Below, piece by piece: positions 11,001 through 25,000 of a stretch of DNA of 64,000 nt. Below the pieces are notes generated by a model. It ran no database searches. It was not told where the DNA came from and saw only the letters and a program-made list of their open reading frames with translations. Each line of letters opens with the position of its first letter. Position 1 is the first letter of the stretch. The position numbers were made by a program, and so were the translations under genes. Source of the DNA: Thalia democratica (lineage: Eukaryota). Location: contig OZ241829.1 in the NCBI GenBank assembly GCA_965202585.1, positions 5,146,001 to 5,210,000 on the forward strand, in the 5' to 3' direction.

Positions 11001-12099
11001 AATCAAACTAATCGTTTTAATTTACAGTTGTGGTCTACCTTAAGAAAAATTCATCAACGAAAAGTTGTTTTGCGAAACATATCTGCTGAAAATATTATGA
11101 TTAACCCTATAACTAAAGAGACTAAATTCTCAAATTTTGATTGTGCTTCTAATTATCGCATAAGTTTACTATTTTTTTATTACATATACACAAATATAAG
11201 TAAACATTTTCATTAATTATTATAATAAAGTATTTTATATATCTAATAATACTTTCAAGTTTAGTATGATTTTTGTCAGTATTTTATTATAAAAACGCTT
11301 TTATAGTATTTGTTTTATTAATATACATTTGATGTAGTTTTTAGTTATATAAAAAAAAATTAAACTTTGGTATTTTTTTACTAAGTAAAATTTATTTCCT
11401 TAACTATTTCAATTAATAAGTTTTTATCACGACAATTAATTTTTTTAATAAATAATTAAAAGAAGTTTAATTTGGTCGTCCAGTATTTGAAGTTTGTATT
11501 AATAGTACGAAAAGTGTTTTAAACAAAACTAACAAAACTTGAAAAATTTACACTTTGCCTTTGCGGTTTACTTTTGTTGTATATTAGTTCAGAGAGTTAA
11601 AACTCATCATTAATCAGTAGTTTATTAACATACTGGTTTTTTTCACTCAACTTAGTTTAAATAAACACCTTTAAATGTAGCCTTGGGTCGCAAACCATTA
11701 TAGTGGACCCGAAGAAACTAAGCCCTTTGTCATTCAGTCGTACTCTGGACCGGAGCACTGCCAACTCCCAGAATTGTTCATCAAAAAGAAATTCTTCGAG
11801 TATGATTTGGATAGATGGAGCATGGGACTTGTTCTCTATTTCATAGTTTTTATTTGAATTGTTTCAATTATTTCGTTACTTTTTTCCTCATTATTTTTAT
11901 TTGTTGTTTTTAGGTTGAGGGCAAACCTGCGTTCAACAGCAAAGAAGAGGTGATCAGTAAGGATCCTGAAGTATCGGAAGCCTGGAGGAATTTTGAGTTG
12001 TTCATCAGGAAACTTCTGAACAAGGACAAGAAAGAGAGGTTCACTCACGCACTCATAACTGGCGGGGTGAAAACTTACCCTTGGTTTGAAGAAAAATAA
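8055..12099 (+). pseudogene. K1: Q/N-rich Pim-like pseudokinase gene, disabled. Exons 8055-9276, 9813-9971, 10539-10686, 11028-11159, 11681-11845, 11914-12099
   Basis: Exon 3 has one A fewer than K2 (TTTAAAGAAT vs TTTAAAAGAAT), giving a stop at 10634-10636. The exon-4 donor reads ATAAGT at 11160 where other copies have GTAAGT. Exon translations align colinearly with the Pim kinase fold. Confidence 0.85.
8826..9155 (+). repeat. 33-bp coding tandem repeat, 10 units (QSIVNSQQPVY-like)
   Basis: 330 bp = 10 x 33; units start CA(G/T)TCGATTGTTAAC. Confidence 0.95.
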
Positions 12100-15000
12100 T
12101 TTGGTTTAACAGTAACAATACATGTAAAATATAATTGACTTGTTACTTTTGTAACATGTTTTACTTTCTAAACTAGTTCCAGCTGTTTAATAACTGTTTT
12201 AAACTTGTATTTTAAAAAGTTACTTTTACTGAAACGAAGTATATATCTCAAATGTATTTACGTGGTTGTTTAAATAAAATTTAAACTAGTGTAATTTTCT
12301 GAAATTTTTTGAACCAATGATTTTCTAAGATTTTTTGAAAACTGATGAACTTAAACAACAGTGACAAATGTACATGTATTAATGATGTTTTAGATGTATA
12401 ATATGTTGAAAAATAAAAACTTAAGGGGTCTAAATTTGTAATGACTCACTTAGTTGTTTGTAAAATTAATTTTTGCACAGATATCCGTTCTATTTTGATT
12501 TTGTTAGACTGCGTAGATACACTTGATTGCAATGACTTCGAGTTATGGTAACTATAATAAAATTAACACTAAACTATATATTTTTTCGCTTTTTTTTAAA
12601 GAGAAGTAAAAAAAAATTCTTAGAAGTGATGTAGTGACTTGTTGTTAACTCTTATACTCCAGGAAAGTTTATCTGTGTTTTATTTTTATTTATCTTTTAA
12701 ATTGAAAGTTAACTCAACTCAGAAATGAAGGTATACTAGTGAACAAATATAACTATTAACAAAATTATGCTACCTGATTACTTTAAAGGTTTTACTAAAT
12801 GCCTTAGCAACAAAATTATATGTACTTAAGTTATTAACATGTTGCTTCCTAAAAATGTTAAAAAATCTTGCTGTTAAATTAGAAATGGGCATTTTTTCCT
12901 ACTTTCATAGTTAATTAGTTAATAAAATATAAAGTTAAATATAATTGTACATTCTTCTTCGGGTCGAATTTTTTTGAAATCTTTTCTCTAATCATTAATT
13001 GTTGTATTAAAAGTATAAAAGTACTTTAAAACTAATGCTGCAATTATATAACTATATAATAAAACTTCTATAACTACCAATCAAACCGAGAGCAAGTTGT
13101 AAAACATAAGTTGTGGACAAAATAAATAAAAGCTTCTATAGTTTGCATTTATTGTTAAATAAAAAAACAAATCGCTGGCTGTATTTTAAAAACTTAAAAA
13201 AATGTACAAAAGTTTTTGATGTAATGCAAAAACTGTAGTTACATAAATTACTCAGCTATTCAGTTCTTTTGTTATTTGAAGTGATTGAAGTAATAAAAAA
13301 TTACATAAATTCTTTTAAAATCCTAATACTAATTGAAAACATTTTTAATAAGTAAAGACAAATAATTAAAAATATTTAAAACCTAATACTAAAAACATGA
13401 CAAAAAAGATACTTAAACTTAAAAAAAGGTATACAAAACTAATATATTCAACCTTTAAGACTACAGAACTAAAAACATTTAATTGTAATATAAAACAGTC
13501 TGTAAACAATGAAGGTAGTTTTAGATTATTTTGAATTTTAAGAAAACTTACCAAAATTAAGAAGTTTAGCATTTTATTATTTACGAAGAAAAACAAAGAT
13601 TAATTATTTAAGATAAACAATGTTAATAGAGAATTAATTTATTAAGTCAAATGCAATAACTTAGATTAGATAAAAAATTTATAAACAAACTAATAATTTA
13701 GTTATTAAATAGTAAAATAAAACTTAATAAGTTTAAAAAATAAAAACGATATACAAATCATGTTGATCATCGAGTAATCAAGCCTAATATTATTATACTC
13801 TTTAGGGTAAACAGTACGGGATTTGAACTCAAGATCCTTGTGTACACCGCGCTTAACAGCCGATTTATTAAGATTTCAACCGAACTGCCACACGTTAAAA
13901 TCAAGTACTATCACTATTTAAATCTGTTTCAAAATAGAACAAAAAAATTATCTCATTCTTTTCAAATTAACTGAGACCTATCATGTTAAATAAAATATTT
14001 TACTCACTACTTAAATAAAGTAGATAAAACATTTTACTCCCAAGGTAATCAAATTTGAAAGTACCATAATTTTTGATAGAAAATTGAAAATATTTAAGCA
14101 ATAAAAAAAAATACGCCTTCGCCTGAACCTTTTAACTTTCACCTGGATTATAAATTTTAGTTACTTACTTGACTAACAATTGCTTGCGGGTCTATGATTT
14201 ATTGAATTCTAGTCTGACAAATAGATAAAAAAACACCAAGTTAAAATTTTATAATTGCTTATTTACAAAACAATATATTTTTCAATTGAAACAGGAAACA
14301 AAGTTTTAGGTTCACAACAGTTTTAATATCAAGTAAACAGGCTATATAGTTAAACGAAATAAATATAGAACTAACTTATAAGTATTTTTTCAATCTGTAA
14401 GGAATAAATCAAATCTGGTTTTTAAATTGACGATGTGCACAAATAATTTTAGTAATTACTTAAGTTACCAAACTGTAAATCAACGAAAATTTAACGCGTT
14501 CAAAAACAAAAATCATAAAAACGTCACAGTGATTATAGAGTATCTAAATATGCTTTAAGTTACTCTACTTAATAAAAAAGTATATAATAAATAAATATAT
14601 ACTTATTAAACAAGGGTAAATAAGCAGGTTTTGAACCCAACATCCAACTATACATACAAAATGTTCGAATAAAAAGAATCAAACAAGCATTCAAACAACG
14701 GAGAAGCTTATATCTTAATTATATAATCTTAGTTATATAACACAAACTATAAAAAATTGCATTTAATTAGAGAAAATAAATACAAAATTGTACCTTTTTA
14801 ATTATTCAACGTAATTTAAAAAATTAACCTTGTTTGAAGTTTTAGTGTAAAACTAATTATATGTTTAAAGTTATCAAGTTCTTAAGCTAGTATAATTTAC
14901 TTTTTTATAAACTTTTGTGTTTTCTACTAGAGATACAGTTTTTGTATTTTGATTTTAATGTTTTTTTAGAAGTAGAAACTGTTTGAAACCATTCTGGTTA

Positions 15001-16335
15001 ACTTTAGCTTTTATTACATGGTATAAAACAATATGTTAGGTTTTTGCCTCGAAAAGTTGAATGATTAAGATAAAAAACGTTTAAGATTAACTAACGTTAA
15101 AGAAACTGATTAGTAATGTATTTAGGAATTATTAGGTAATTGAATTGTATTTTAGTTGAAGAAATTTAATGATAACAGTTATGTTTAAAAGAGCTAGAGG
15201 CAACATCTTCTAGTTTTAAAATGATTTAAAAAAGAAAGATTAAGTTTATTGTTTGATAAGTTGTTTTGATATATCTAACAGTTAATTAGTTAATCATAAA
15301 AACATTTTATAACTATGTGCATTCATGTCAAATATGTATAGTGAAAACTTTTATTGTTTATAACTGATATACCTCATTACTATTCTTGAAATTAATACTT
15401 TTTTATACCATTTCTTTACTTGTTTAAAGTAAAAGAACAATAGTCAAAGGTTAGGACATAAAAAACAAACAAACATCATTATTTAAAATTTCTTTTTATT
15501 CAGTTTTACTTTTACCAATTAAATTTCTGCCTTGGTAGTTTCTAACAGTTTAATATTAAGATTTTGTGCAAAATATTAAGTAAAAAGACATAAGCCGCCC
15601 AAGGCTTGCTTTTAGTTATTTTATAAAAATCTTTGGCTAAATCTTATTTTATTATTAAAAATGTATAGTATTTCAAACCAACGACATTTTTCAGGTTGTT
15701 TGTTGATTTTAAATATTATTTTAAACATAGGCTAACTTGGGCAAAGGATGAAGCTTAAGGAAGTTTTGAAAACCAATAAAAATTTTTACTTCAATAAGTA
15801 GTTAGCATGTAAACAGTAAAAATTATCTTTATTTTGTATATTGTTTTAACAAAAGCTATGACCTGTTTAGGTTTAACACGCCAATAAATCTCTAACTGTT
15901 TTTACTGTTAATTAAAGCTTATTATCATGTTGTAGCAGCGATAAGATGTATCTGCTTGTAAACTTAAATGATTTAAAAAGTAAAGTATAAGCATTCGAAC
16001 CATCATAGCTTAAAGAGATGTAATACAAACTGAAAATGTTTTACAAAGTAACGAAGTTTAAACACCTTTTGTATAATTCATGTCTGTTATAAAAGGCGCT
16101 TTATTAGACTTAAATTATTAGTTAAATAATAGTTATATTATTTTACCAGTTTTCGTTGTTTAGGGACAACAGTTAGTGAAGGTTTCAATTATATAAAACA
16201 CAACAACATGAGTCATGACATCCAAGAAAATTTATTTTATACTAAATTGACATATTGCTAAATAAAAAATATTTGTGTTACTTTCATTAATGTATTATTA
16301 CCTGTTAATAATTTCAGCTATTCAACACAAAAAGA

Positions 16336-17191
16336 ATGACTCATATTAAGTTGATAAAAGACGCTCAAGATTTCTTCGATCAGAACAAATGCTCTGACGC
16401 CATCCGATGCTGGGAGGAAGTTTCAAAATTGGGAAAGTCCCTAAACAGTGAAGGGTTTGGTCTCATGCTCAAGCCTTACATCAAAATGAAACAAGAATCA
16501 TTGAGGCGTGTAAGATCTGGTAAGTTTCTAAAGTTTAGTTTCGTAAAAAAAACCATAATATTTTTCTATATCTCAACTATACTGACGTTAAAATTTTAAA
16601 CTCCAAACAATTTTGAATATTTTAAAAATTTTGATATTCTTTTAACATTAAAATAACATAAATATCTAAAGTCCGTAATTAGAAAACAAATATTATAATC
16701 AAAATTTAAAGTGTTTATTTTTACTACTATCAACAGGTGAAGATGATGAAGATAAACACAAGGAAGAAGTGGAACTCAGATGTAAAGAGATATTATACCA
16801 CATTGATGACTATTTACTCAAAAACGAAAATCGTGTAGATCAGGAGACTTTCGAGAAGCTTTCAAGGCTCCGAGGCGAATGCTACTGTGATCTCTTCGAA
16901 GTAAAAGGCAATAGAAACACTATAGCGCGCATGTTTGGTTTCTACCTCTTGGTAAAATTTATTTGCTCTTTGGTTTATTCTATTACTCGCTGGTCAATTC
17001 ACTTTCTTGGCAATTTCTTGTCCCAGATTTGCTTGACCTTTTTTATTGTTTTTTGTCAAGTTTCCTGTTACACCTCCACATATTGGCAAAAACTTCGTGC
17101 AAACTTCAAAAAGTTTTTCCAAACGTCGGTAGGAGAGCATTTGAAGGAAAATATGCGCAAGTTAGTAAATATAATCCATTTATTTGGCTAG
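16336..17191 (+). CDS. T2: TPR-like/hydrophobic-tail protein, 212 aa (exons 16336-16519, 16737-17191)
   Basis: Same phase-1 intron as T1; open reading frame intact. Confidence 0.85.
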
Positions 17192-17869
17192 ATACTGTTT
17201 TTTGTTCTTTCTTTTAATGTGTAACTTATAACTAGAGACTTTCTGTTTGTGCTTAAAAAAACTAATAAATAAACCTGTTAAATGATTTCATTATGTTGTA
17301 TTATTATTTAGTGCAAACATAGTAAATCTTGGTTAAATAGGCGATAAATTAGAATAAAACGAAATAACAAACGTCAAGTTTATCAAAATCGTTATCTCTA
17401 TAAAGCCATTGTGATATCATTTTTTTTAACGCAAGTGTTTATCTTCATTATTTTTTAAAAAAAGTTCTGTTGAAATCAAAGAAAATTTTGCTACCTAAGC
17501 GAACATGGTTGTAAAGTACTTATACTTGAGTTAAAAAATACTTATACTTGAGATACTAAAGTACAGTAAACCAGTTAAAATCTATCTCTTACAGTATTAT
17601 TCGTAATTGTTAAAAATTTTTCTCAGTTCTATCTTTAAAAAATATTGAAACCTTAAAAATAATTTTTTCTTCCTCAATATAATTAACCTTACTCATTTTG
17701 GTCATAATTCTTTCAAAAATCACTTTAAAATTAAAAAAAGTGACAGGTTTACTAGACAACTTCTGAAAGAAAACAAAATAAACGTGGTAAGGCGATTCGA
17801 TGTGGTTAATTTCTAGAATGCTTCACTAAAATTTATATCAGTATGTAAATTTTATGATACAAAGTAAAG

Positions 17870-17967
17870 CAGTTGTCGGCAACACGTGATCCGCATGCAA
17901 ACTGCGGCCCTCAAACAGTAAATCTGCGGCCCGCGAGCATTTTGTTTATAGGGGTGCGGCCCGCGAA
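17870..17967. mobile_element. hAT-like terminal fragment (unit 2)
   Basis: CAGTTGTCGGCAACACGTG followed by three GCGGCCC motifs; same position as 3814-3912. Confidence 0.55.
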
Positions 17968-18555
17968 TATAATTTTTTTAACCCTGTGTATTTTATCATT
18001 ACGATTTTGTTTTTTTCTTTTATTACTAGATAGGGTTGTAAAACATAAAGGTTAGTTTAATACTTTTGCAAAACCAGAATACTTTTATTTATAATTACAT
18101 AACTAAAACTAAATATTTTGCTTCGAAAATAAATCTAGCTTAACTTTTATATTGCAACTCTTAAGCTAGTTAAATAAGAACATTATTTTGAAAAATATAC
18201 TTATATTTTTTAAAATATTAACATCTAGCCAAATAGTAAACAACTTATATAAACAAAATAATAATGACAAAAATACTTGATTAGCATTGTTGGACATCGA
18301 CTAGAAGGTTTTATTATTTTGCATCGATTATTAAATCGAAATCATTTAAGTTAGTTTTAAACCTTTACTTTTTTGTTTACATTAAAATCACTTATATAAA
18401 CATTGCTTTATGCAAATAACAATAACAATCCGCATCAATAACATTGATGCTAAATTTTTTGATTGAAAATATTATACAACCGCTAGTTGACGCACTTTGT
18501 TAAATACCAAATAGAAGTTAACTACCAATCACGCCGGGTATCATGTTTCATTCAG

Positions 18556-19500
18556 CATGCAATGATCATCAACTTTGCTTTGATCAGGCGGAATGTAATG
18601 TTACGCATTCGAGCATAACGAGATATGACGTATGTAAGCAGCCGAGCATAACGAGAGAGGGGAGGAATTTTGTCGTTTAACAAGAAGCACCACCACGCCA
18701 ACTTTCGATAATTAGCCTTACTTACAACGCCGATCATTGTTTGAGGCTTTATTACGTCACAAGTAGTAATTGCAAGCGTTCCAGCAAAGTTGTTTGCAAG
18801 CCTTGCTAGTGACTCTACTTTAGCAACGTCGACGGGGCGCATACTTCGAGTTGATTTATTAACGTGCCATTAAGCTTGTAGTTTGCAAGCATCGGGGCTT
18901 ATAACTCGACATTAGTTTTTAACGTGCCATTGAATTTAAAATTTATAGAAATAAGTTGCTTGATATAATAACTTCTACAACCTACTACCAGTGAATACAT
19001 TCCAACTGAGTCTTTGTTGAGCAACGCTTAAAACAGTGTATATTCTTACTTTGTGTCAACTGCATTTATCTGCCGCACTTCACGATTCAAGCGACCAATG
19101 CAACGATGCGTGACCAGCAGAAAATCTTCGAACCACGATCATTGGAGAAGACTGAATATCACTCTCAACCGGTGAAGCACGAGTATTGTTTTGTCCATTC
19201 ACTTAAATAATTAATATTAAAGCATTTAGTCTTACTTGTAAATAATGAGTTACAACTCAAGTAGTATATTTAGTTGTAGTTAGTTTTAAAATTTCGTTCA
19301 CTGTGAAAAGAAATTGAAATCATTTAAAGTTGGCCTTGAAGTCACTCTGCACCCTGTCGCAAGGTTATGAGCACAACCGGGGAATGCCCCGAAGCGAAGT
19401 TGAATCTGGCTCTTGTCAAAGCTGCCAAGCTTGTTACAGAGGCGATTTCAAAGGAAAATAGAGACGCCAGTAGCTCGGAGAGCATCAGTAGTGTTTCATG
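18556..19500 (+). pseudogene. GC-richer module, probable decayed third gene (unit 2)
   Basis: Homologous to 4493-5440. ATG of MSTTGECPEAKLNLALVKAAKLVTEAISKENRDASSSESISSVS at 19367. Confidence 0.4.
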
Positions 19501-20311
19501 GCTTTTCATGTTAATTACAAAATAACGTTTAGTTTTTCAGCTTAACAGAAAATAATATTTAAAGTTTAAAACATTACAAGTATAACAAACGCATAAAGGG
19601 TTTAAAATAATTATAATAGGGCTTATATTCACTTTATTTTTTGGAAAGTAGCTATTAAAGATAGGAAAATGTTTTTTTGGCCGTCTAATTTCTATTGATA
19701 CTGTCACAAATTTATATTTCTATGACGACTAGGAAAATAAGTTTTTTTTTTATTCTTTTCATCCCTACAAGTCGGTTGATAGTTTTCGGAATTAGGAGTT
19801 GCTGTTAACTTAGTTAACAAAAAATATTTTTCTTGTGTCTTTAAAGCAAACCTGGTAAAACTATACTTTGTTTTGTCCTCTTGTAGTTTTAACGAGTTAA
19901 AGCTTAGCAATTTAAACGACATTTAGAAGTAAATGTTCATTAAACTCAACTAAACTAAAATTTTAAGGTAAGCTTATATCTCATACGCAATAATTATTTT
20001 GATAGTTGTTTAACTAAATGTACACTTGATGTAAAGTTTTAAATATAAATAATTTTTGAGCTTTATAAATTTTCATCTAATTGAAAATATAAATCTTTAA
20101 CTTTTAATTAGTTGAAACTGCGCTGCGATTCATAGTAAACATAGACATTCAAATTTTAGTCTAGTAAATTTTATTGATTTCGTTTCATAGTTTAGTTTAG
20201 TGTGTACACATGTTTTGTCAAGTGTTCTATTTTAGCATAGTTTTTAAAAAGCTTGAAACTACTCGTGTACGTACTACAGTTTCTCACTAGTTAATTTTTA
20301 ATTTTCATTAC

Positions 20312-21099
20312 TATTGTTTATTGAACGAAAAAAAGCGCTCAAATATTTGGTCCAAGGACCTAATGTACGAAAAAACCTTTCGGATATCGAGTCATAAACC
20401 AGGATAAAGTTTAAAGTCTTGTCCAGGACAATATTAAGTTATCTTCTTATAAAAAAAAATTAGCTTTATATAAACTTTAATATTTTTTCTTAACACTTAG
20501 ACTATCATGTGCAAGTACAATTAAAAACATTACTGCAGCGCAATTAATGTTATTTTGGTGTTAAAGTAATTAATATTTCTCACTACAATTTTCCTTTATT
20601 TATTAAAAAACATTAACGAAAGTATTTGAAAGAAATTTTAAGGCTACCTTAAAAAGAATTACTTTAAACTATGATTTGTATACGTATATGATACTTCTAG
20701 CTCATAATTTAAAATTACAGTTCAAACTACAAAAACTAGAAACGCAAGTAGCTCGGAGAGCATCAGTAGTGTTTCATCGCTTTTTATGTTAAATTACAAA
20801 CTAGCGTTTAGTTTTTTAGCTTGACAGAATATCAATATTTAAAGTTTAAAACATTACGAGTATAGTAAACGAATAAAAGGATCAAAATAGTTAAAATAGG
20901 GCTTATACCCACTTTATTTTTTGGCAAGTAGCTATTAAAGCTAGAAAGATGTTGTTTGGCCGTCTTATTTCTAAAAATATTGTCACAAATTTTTATTTTT
21001 AAGAAGACTAGTGTATAACTTAGTAACCGATATGTTTTTTCGTGCTTCAGGTCTTTGGACCAAACTGTTTGAGCGTTTTTTATCGGTCAATAAACAATA
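20312..21099. repeat. Fold-back element (unit 2 copy)
   Basis: Arms at ~20312-20396 and ~21014-21099, near-identical to the unit 1 arms. Confidence 0.75.
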
Positions 21100-22081
21100 T
21101 ATTTACAACTAAAATCATAAGAATTTAAAAAGACCGATGTTTATACTTATGAAAAGTTCAGATTAATTTATAATCAAAACCGAATTGAAACTCTAATTTT
21201 TAAATTTGAATGAAAAAAATAATTTTGTACCGAAAATTTATATATGTTTATATTGTTAATAAAACTGAAACACATACTTATTTTTTCTATTTTTAAATTG
21301 AAACTAGATTTTTGAGATAAGTATTGGAGTGTATCTAATTTAGCTAAAATATCTAAACGTTGAAAAAATTAAAAAAATTGTTTTAACTAGTGGTTAAATG
21401 TTTATTAAAAAATAAAATTAAATCGTTAGTATTAACTTTTTTAAATAGGAGAAAACAAGTTATCTCTGAATTTAATGAACTAGTAAAAGTATTCTTTAGG
21501 TTATACTTGTAACAGTTTTTACATTGGTAACTTTTATTGTGAAAAACATACTATATTAGTGAAGCACAAAATATACAAAGTCGAGATTAGTATATCTTCT
21601 TCTGTTAAGTAATCACAACTTTTTATTTTCTTTCAAATAGTAAATACTCAAATAATTTTACATTTAAATAAAAAATGTTTGAATATGATGTTGAATAAGC
21701 TAATAATTTGTGTAAACACTTATTATAAAAATTTATAAATACTATGTTAATTATTGTGTAATGCTTTTAGAATCATGTTTAACAGTTTAACATATAATTA
21801 ATCACAATATTTACGTTCAAAAGGAATAGGACTTATGTTAATTAGTAAATAATTTTTTAATTATAAGTAAAAATGTATACATTTTAAAATTTTTATATAA
21901 TATTTTATGGAGGTCTATTGTTTCAATGTTTAATGTTTGTTATCTTCAATTTTCTCTAAACTGTAAAGTGTCTAAGTATACAAAAATTTTTTAAAACACA
22001 GTTGATTAGGAATTATTAAAAACAAACTTATACAGAACGTAAATATATATATACATTATATATATATTACCAGAAAAAAAT

Positions 22082-25000
22082 ATGGATAAACACCATCCGC
22101 AACATTGTAATGATGCACATTATCAAAACCTACAACAAAACAGTGGTCAAACACAAAAGAGAAGTGTTATGCTTGATGATGAAACCGCTAGTTGTAACTC
22201 AAAGAGAATTAAAAATGATTTACCCTCTCAACCTTTTGCAAGCTCTCAAAATGATCAGGGTTGTGATGGCTACAACATGAACCTACTAAGCTCTGACAAT
22301 AGTTTAAATAACCAGCATCAAGTTAACACGTTGCAACAAATTCCCCAGTCGCGTGTTGTTCAACAGTCTCCTTCAAACTATCGACATGTGAGCATCCCTG
22401 ATCAAAACCAGCCCTATGTTTCAGATTTCCCTAATATTGACACTAACTACCAACTCAAACAAAATTACTTGCTTAATCAAAATCAAGCTGGTGTTTTGAA
22501 GCAGCAACAAAAATGTTTTGATGATTTCAACTACAGTCGTCAACAACACAACATACCAACTCAAAATCAAGTTCATGATGCGACCTCTCAACAGCAAAGT
22601 GTTGTATATGCTACAAACTATAGACACCAACATACAAACGTAGTTAACAATCCGATGACGCAACAGCAAAACTTTCAAGGATATCATGATCCGGGAAACA
22701 ACTTTCAGAACTTCTCACAGAAGTATACGCATTCAACAAACCAGCAAAACCAGTTTAAAATAAAAGGAAATCATTCTCAGGGATATGACATCCAAAACTT
22801 AAGTTTAAACGAATATATATATCATCAGTCTAGTAAGTCAGATCCCCAGTCGATTGTTAACTCTCAACAACCAATTCCCCATTCGATTGTTAACTCACAA
22901 CAACCAGTTTCTCATTCGATTGTTAACCCACAACAACCAGTTCCTCAGTCGATTGTTAACTCAGAAATACCAAGTCCTCAGTCGATTGTTAACTCACAAC
23001 AACCAGTTTATCAGTCGATTGTTAACTTCCAGCAACCAATTCCTCATTCGATTGTTAACCCACAACAACCAGTTCCTCAGTCGATTGTTAACTCAGAAAT
23101 ACCAAGTCCTCAGTCGATTGTTAACTCACAACAACCAGTTTATCAGTCGATTGTTAACTTCCAGCAACCAGTTTATCAATCGATTTTTAACTTCCAACAA
23201 CCAGCTAATCAGTTGATTGTTAACTTCCAGCAACCAATTTATCAGTCGATTGTTAACCCACAACAGTTTCGTTTAGCAACGAATAAAATGCTGAACTTTG
23301 AAAACGATCCTTCGTATAAATTACGAAACGATTTTGATCAGCACTACACAACTGGGAGGAGGATTTACAAGGATGATGTGCGAGAAATATTTACAGGTTA
23401 TAAAAATATGTTTAAATATTTAAACGAAGTTAAAATCCGTAAAACTAAGAGTAAGCATATATAAACATATTTACATTTATTATTCGTTTTTAGGCTTTTT
23501 AATGATTATTTATTTTAAATACCAATATTTATTTAAAATCTTTATTTTAGTTTCATAACTTATACTCTTACATTTGATAGTATACTTAATATCAAAACAT
23601 TCATTTTAGTATGATTTTACGGCTCGTATACTTAAATGTTAGTCTAAGCTGAAAAAAGAAGTTTTTTTTTTGTTGTTATTATTTTTAAGTTTTCAAATTT
23701 TATTTTTTTGATACTTTTTTATTATTTTTGGGTAAAATTAAAAAAAAAAACTAAAAAAAATTTAAAATAATTTGCTGACCCATCTTTTGATCAGATTTTT
23801 TTAAGCTCAGACTGATCTTTTAGTACACTTTCCTTTTTGATTTTACTAAAATGCGTTTCAAATCATACAACTATATATTTTACCAATTTTAAGTTTTTTA
23901 ATAAGCATTTTGTACCGGAATTTTTATTTAAGGTACCCACATAAAAAATGGAGTTAAAGTAAGAGTAAAACATGTGGAAATTGGACAGTATAAATCCCAC
24001 ATGGAAATTCATTGTGAAAAACACATTCCAATTGAAGTCTTAATGCACTGGAAAGCTATACACGATGAATATAAGAACCTGGAAAGCAAAGGTTTATACA
24101 GATACGTTTTAATAATTTGTTTATATTACAAACTGTTCTAGCTACATAGGATAATACTAATACTATATATTTTTTTGGTAGATTGCAATAAACAATATCT
24201 AGATTATTTATTGACGTATAGTCATAGCATTTTAAAACCATTAATTTGCTTTGGTTGTTTATTTAGTAGTTGATATTACAAATTTTTTCTAAAAGTCTGC
24301 TTGATGTACTGAACTTAATTACAGTTTTAAAAAGTTTAGTTTCTACATTTCTTTAAATAAAAAGCTTTTAAATTATTATAAACAAAACATTTTATAAAGT
24401 GTTTATTTTTTATTTCGACTATTTTTACTTCAAGTTAAAGATTTAAAAAGACTTATAAATAGTTTTCAAGTAGTGTTTCAATCCTAATAATAGTAATTTA
24501 AAAATGAAATGTGCTTATGTATTATAACATGAATCTTTTGTTTTCTTACTTTAAGATAGTTTTACTATATTAAAAGAGCATAGGTTTTGCTAACGTGGCA
24601 AGAAAAAAAAAACTATGCTGTTTTATATAAAAATGCTAGTAGCTGTTTTAATTTTAGGCATCGTTGAGATGTACTACTTTTTTGTAAAGGATCAGAAACA
24701 TTATACGATAGTTACCGAAGAAAGTGAAGGATTTTGTACTTTAAAAGAATTTGTAGAAAAACATGGTGTAATGAGTGAAAATACTGCAAAAATTATATTC
24801 TTCAAGGTGTGTTAAGATTTATTAGAATATGTTGGTTTTATGCGAATAGTTTTTTGTTAGCCTTTTAAGTAATGTTTATTACCTTATTAAAAACTATATA
24901 ATTTACAGTATGGTATTCTTTAATTACTTTACAAAAGCTAGTGAAAACCTGTAAGGGCTTATGTAAGTCAGGGCTCTAAAAAAAAAATTTTTTTATTAAA

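Noticed and set aside
11836-12048. Minus-strand ORFs opposite the last kinase exon (also 25989-26201 and 44921-45148)
   Set aside because: Antisense shadow of exon 6 running into intron 5.
13810-14645. Two minus-strand B-box-like motifs (GAGTTCAAATCCCG at ~13818-13831; GGGTTCAAAACC at ~14626-14637) as tRNA genes or SINEs
   Set aside because: No cloverleaf or clear A box, and the first motif is lost in the unit 2 spacer; at most degenerate relics.
18552-18842. Minus-strand ORF MRPVDVAKVES... as a real gene (also 38854-39039 and 52233-52505)
   Set aside because: The frame is broken or changes C-terminus between copies through 4-nt and 32-nt indels; synonymous bias points to plus-strand frames instead.
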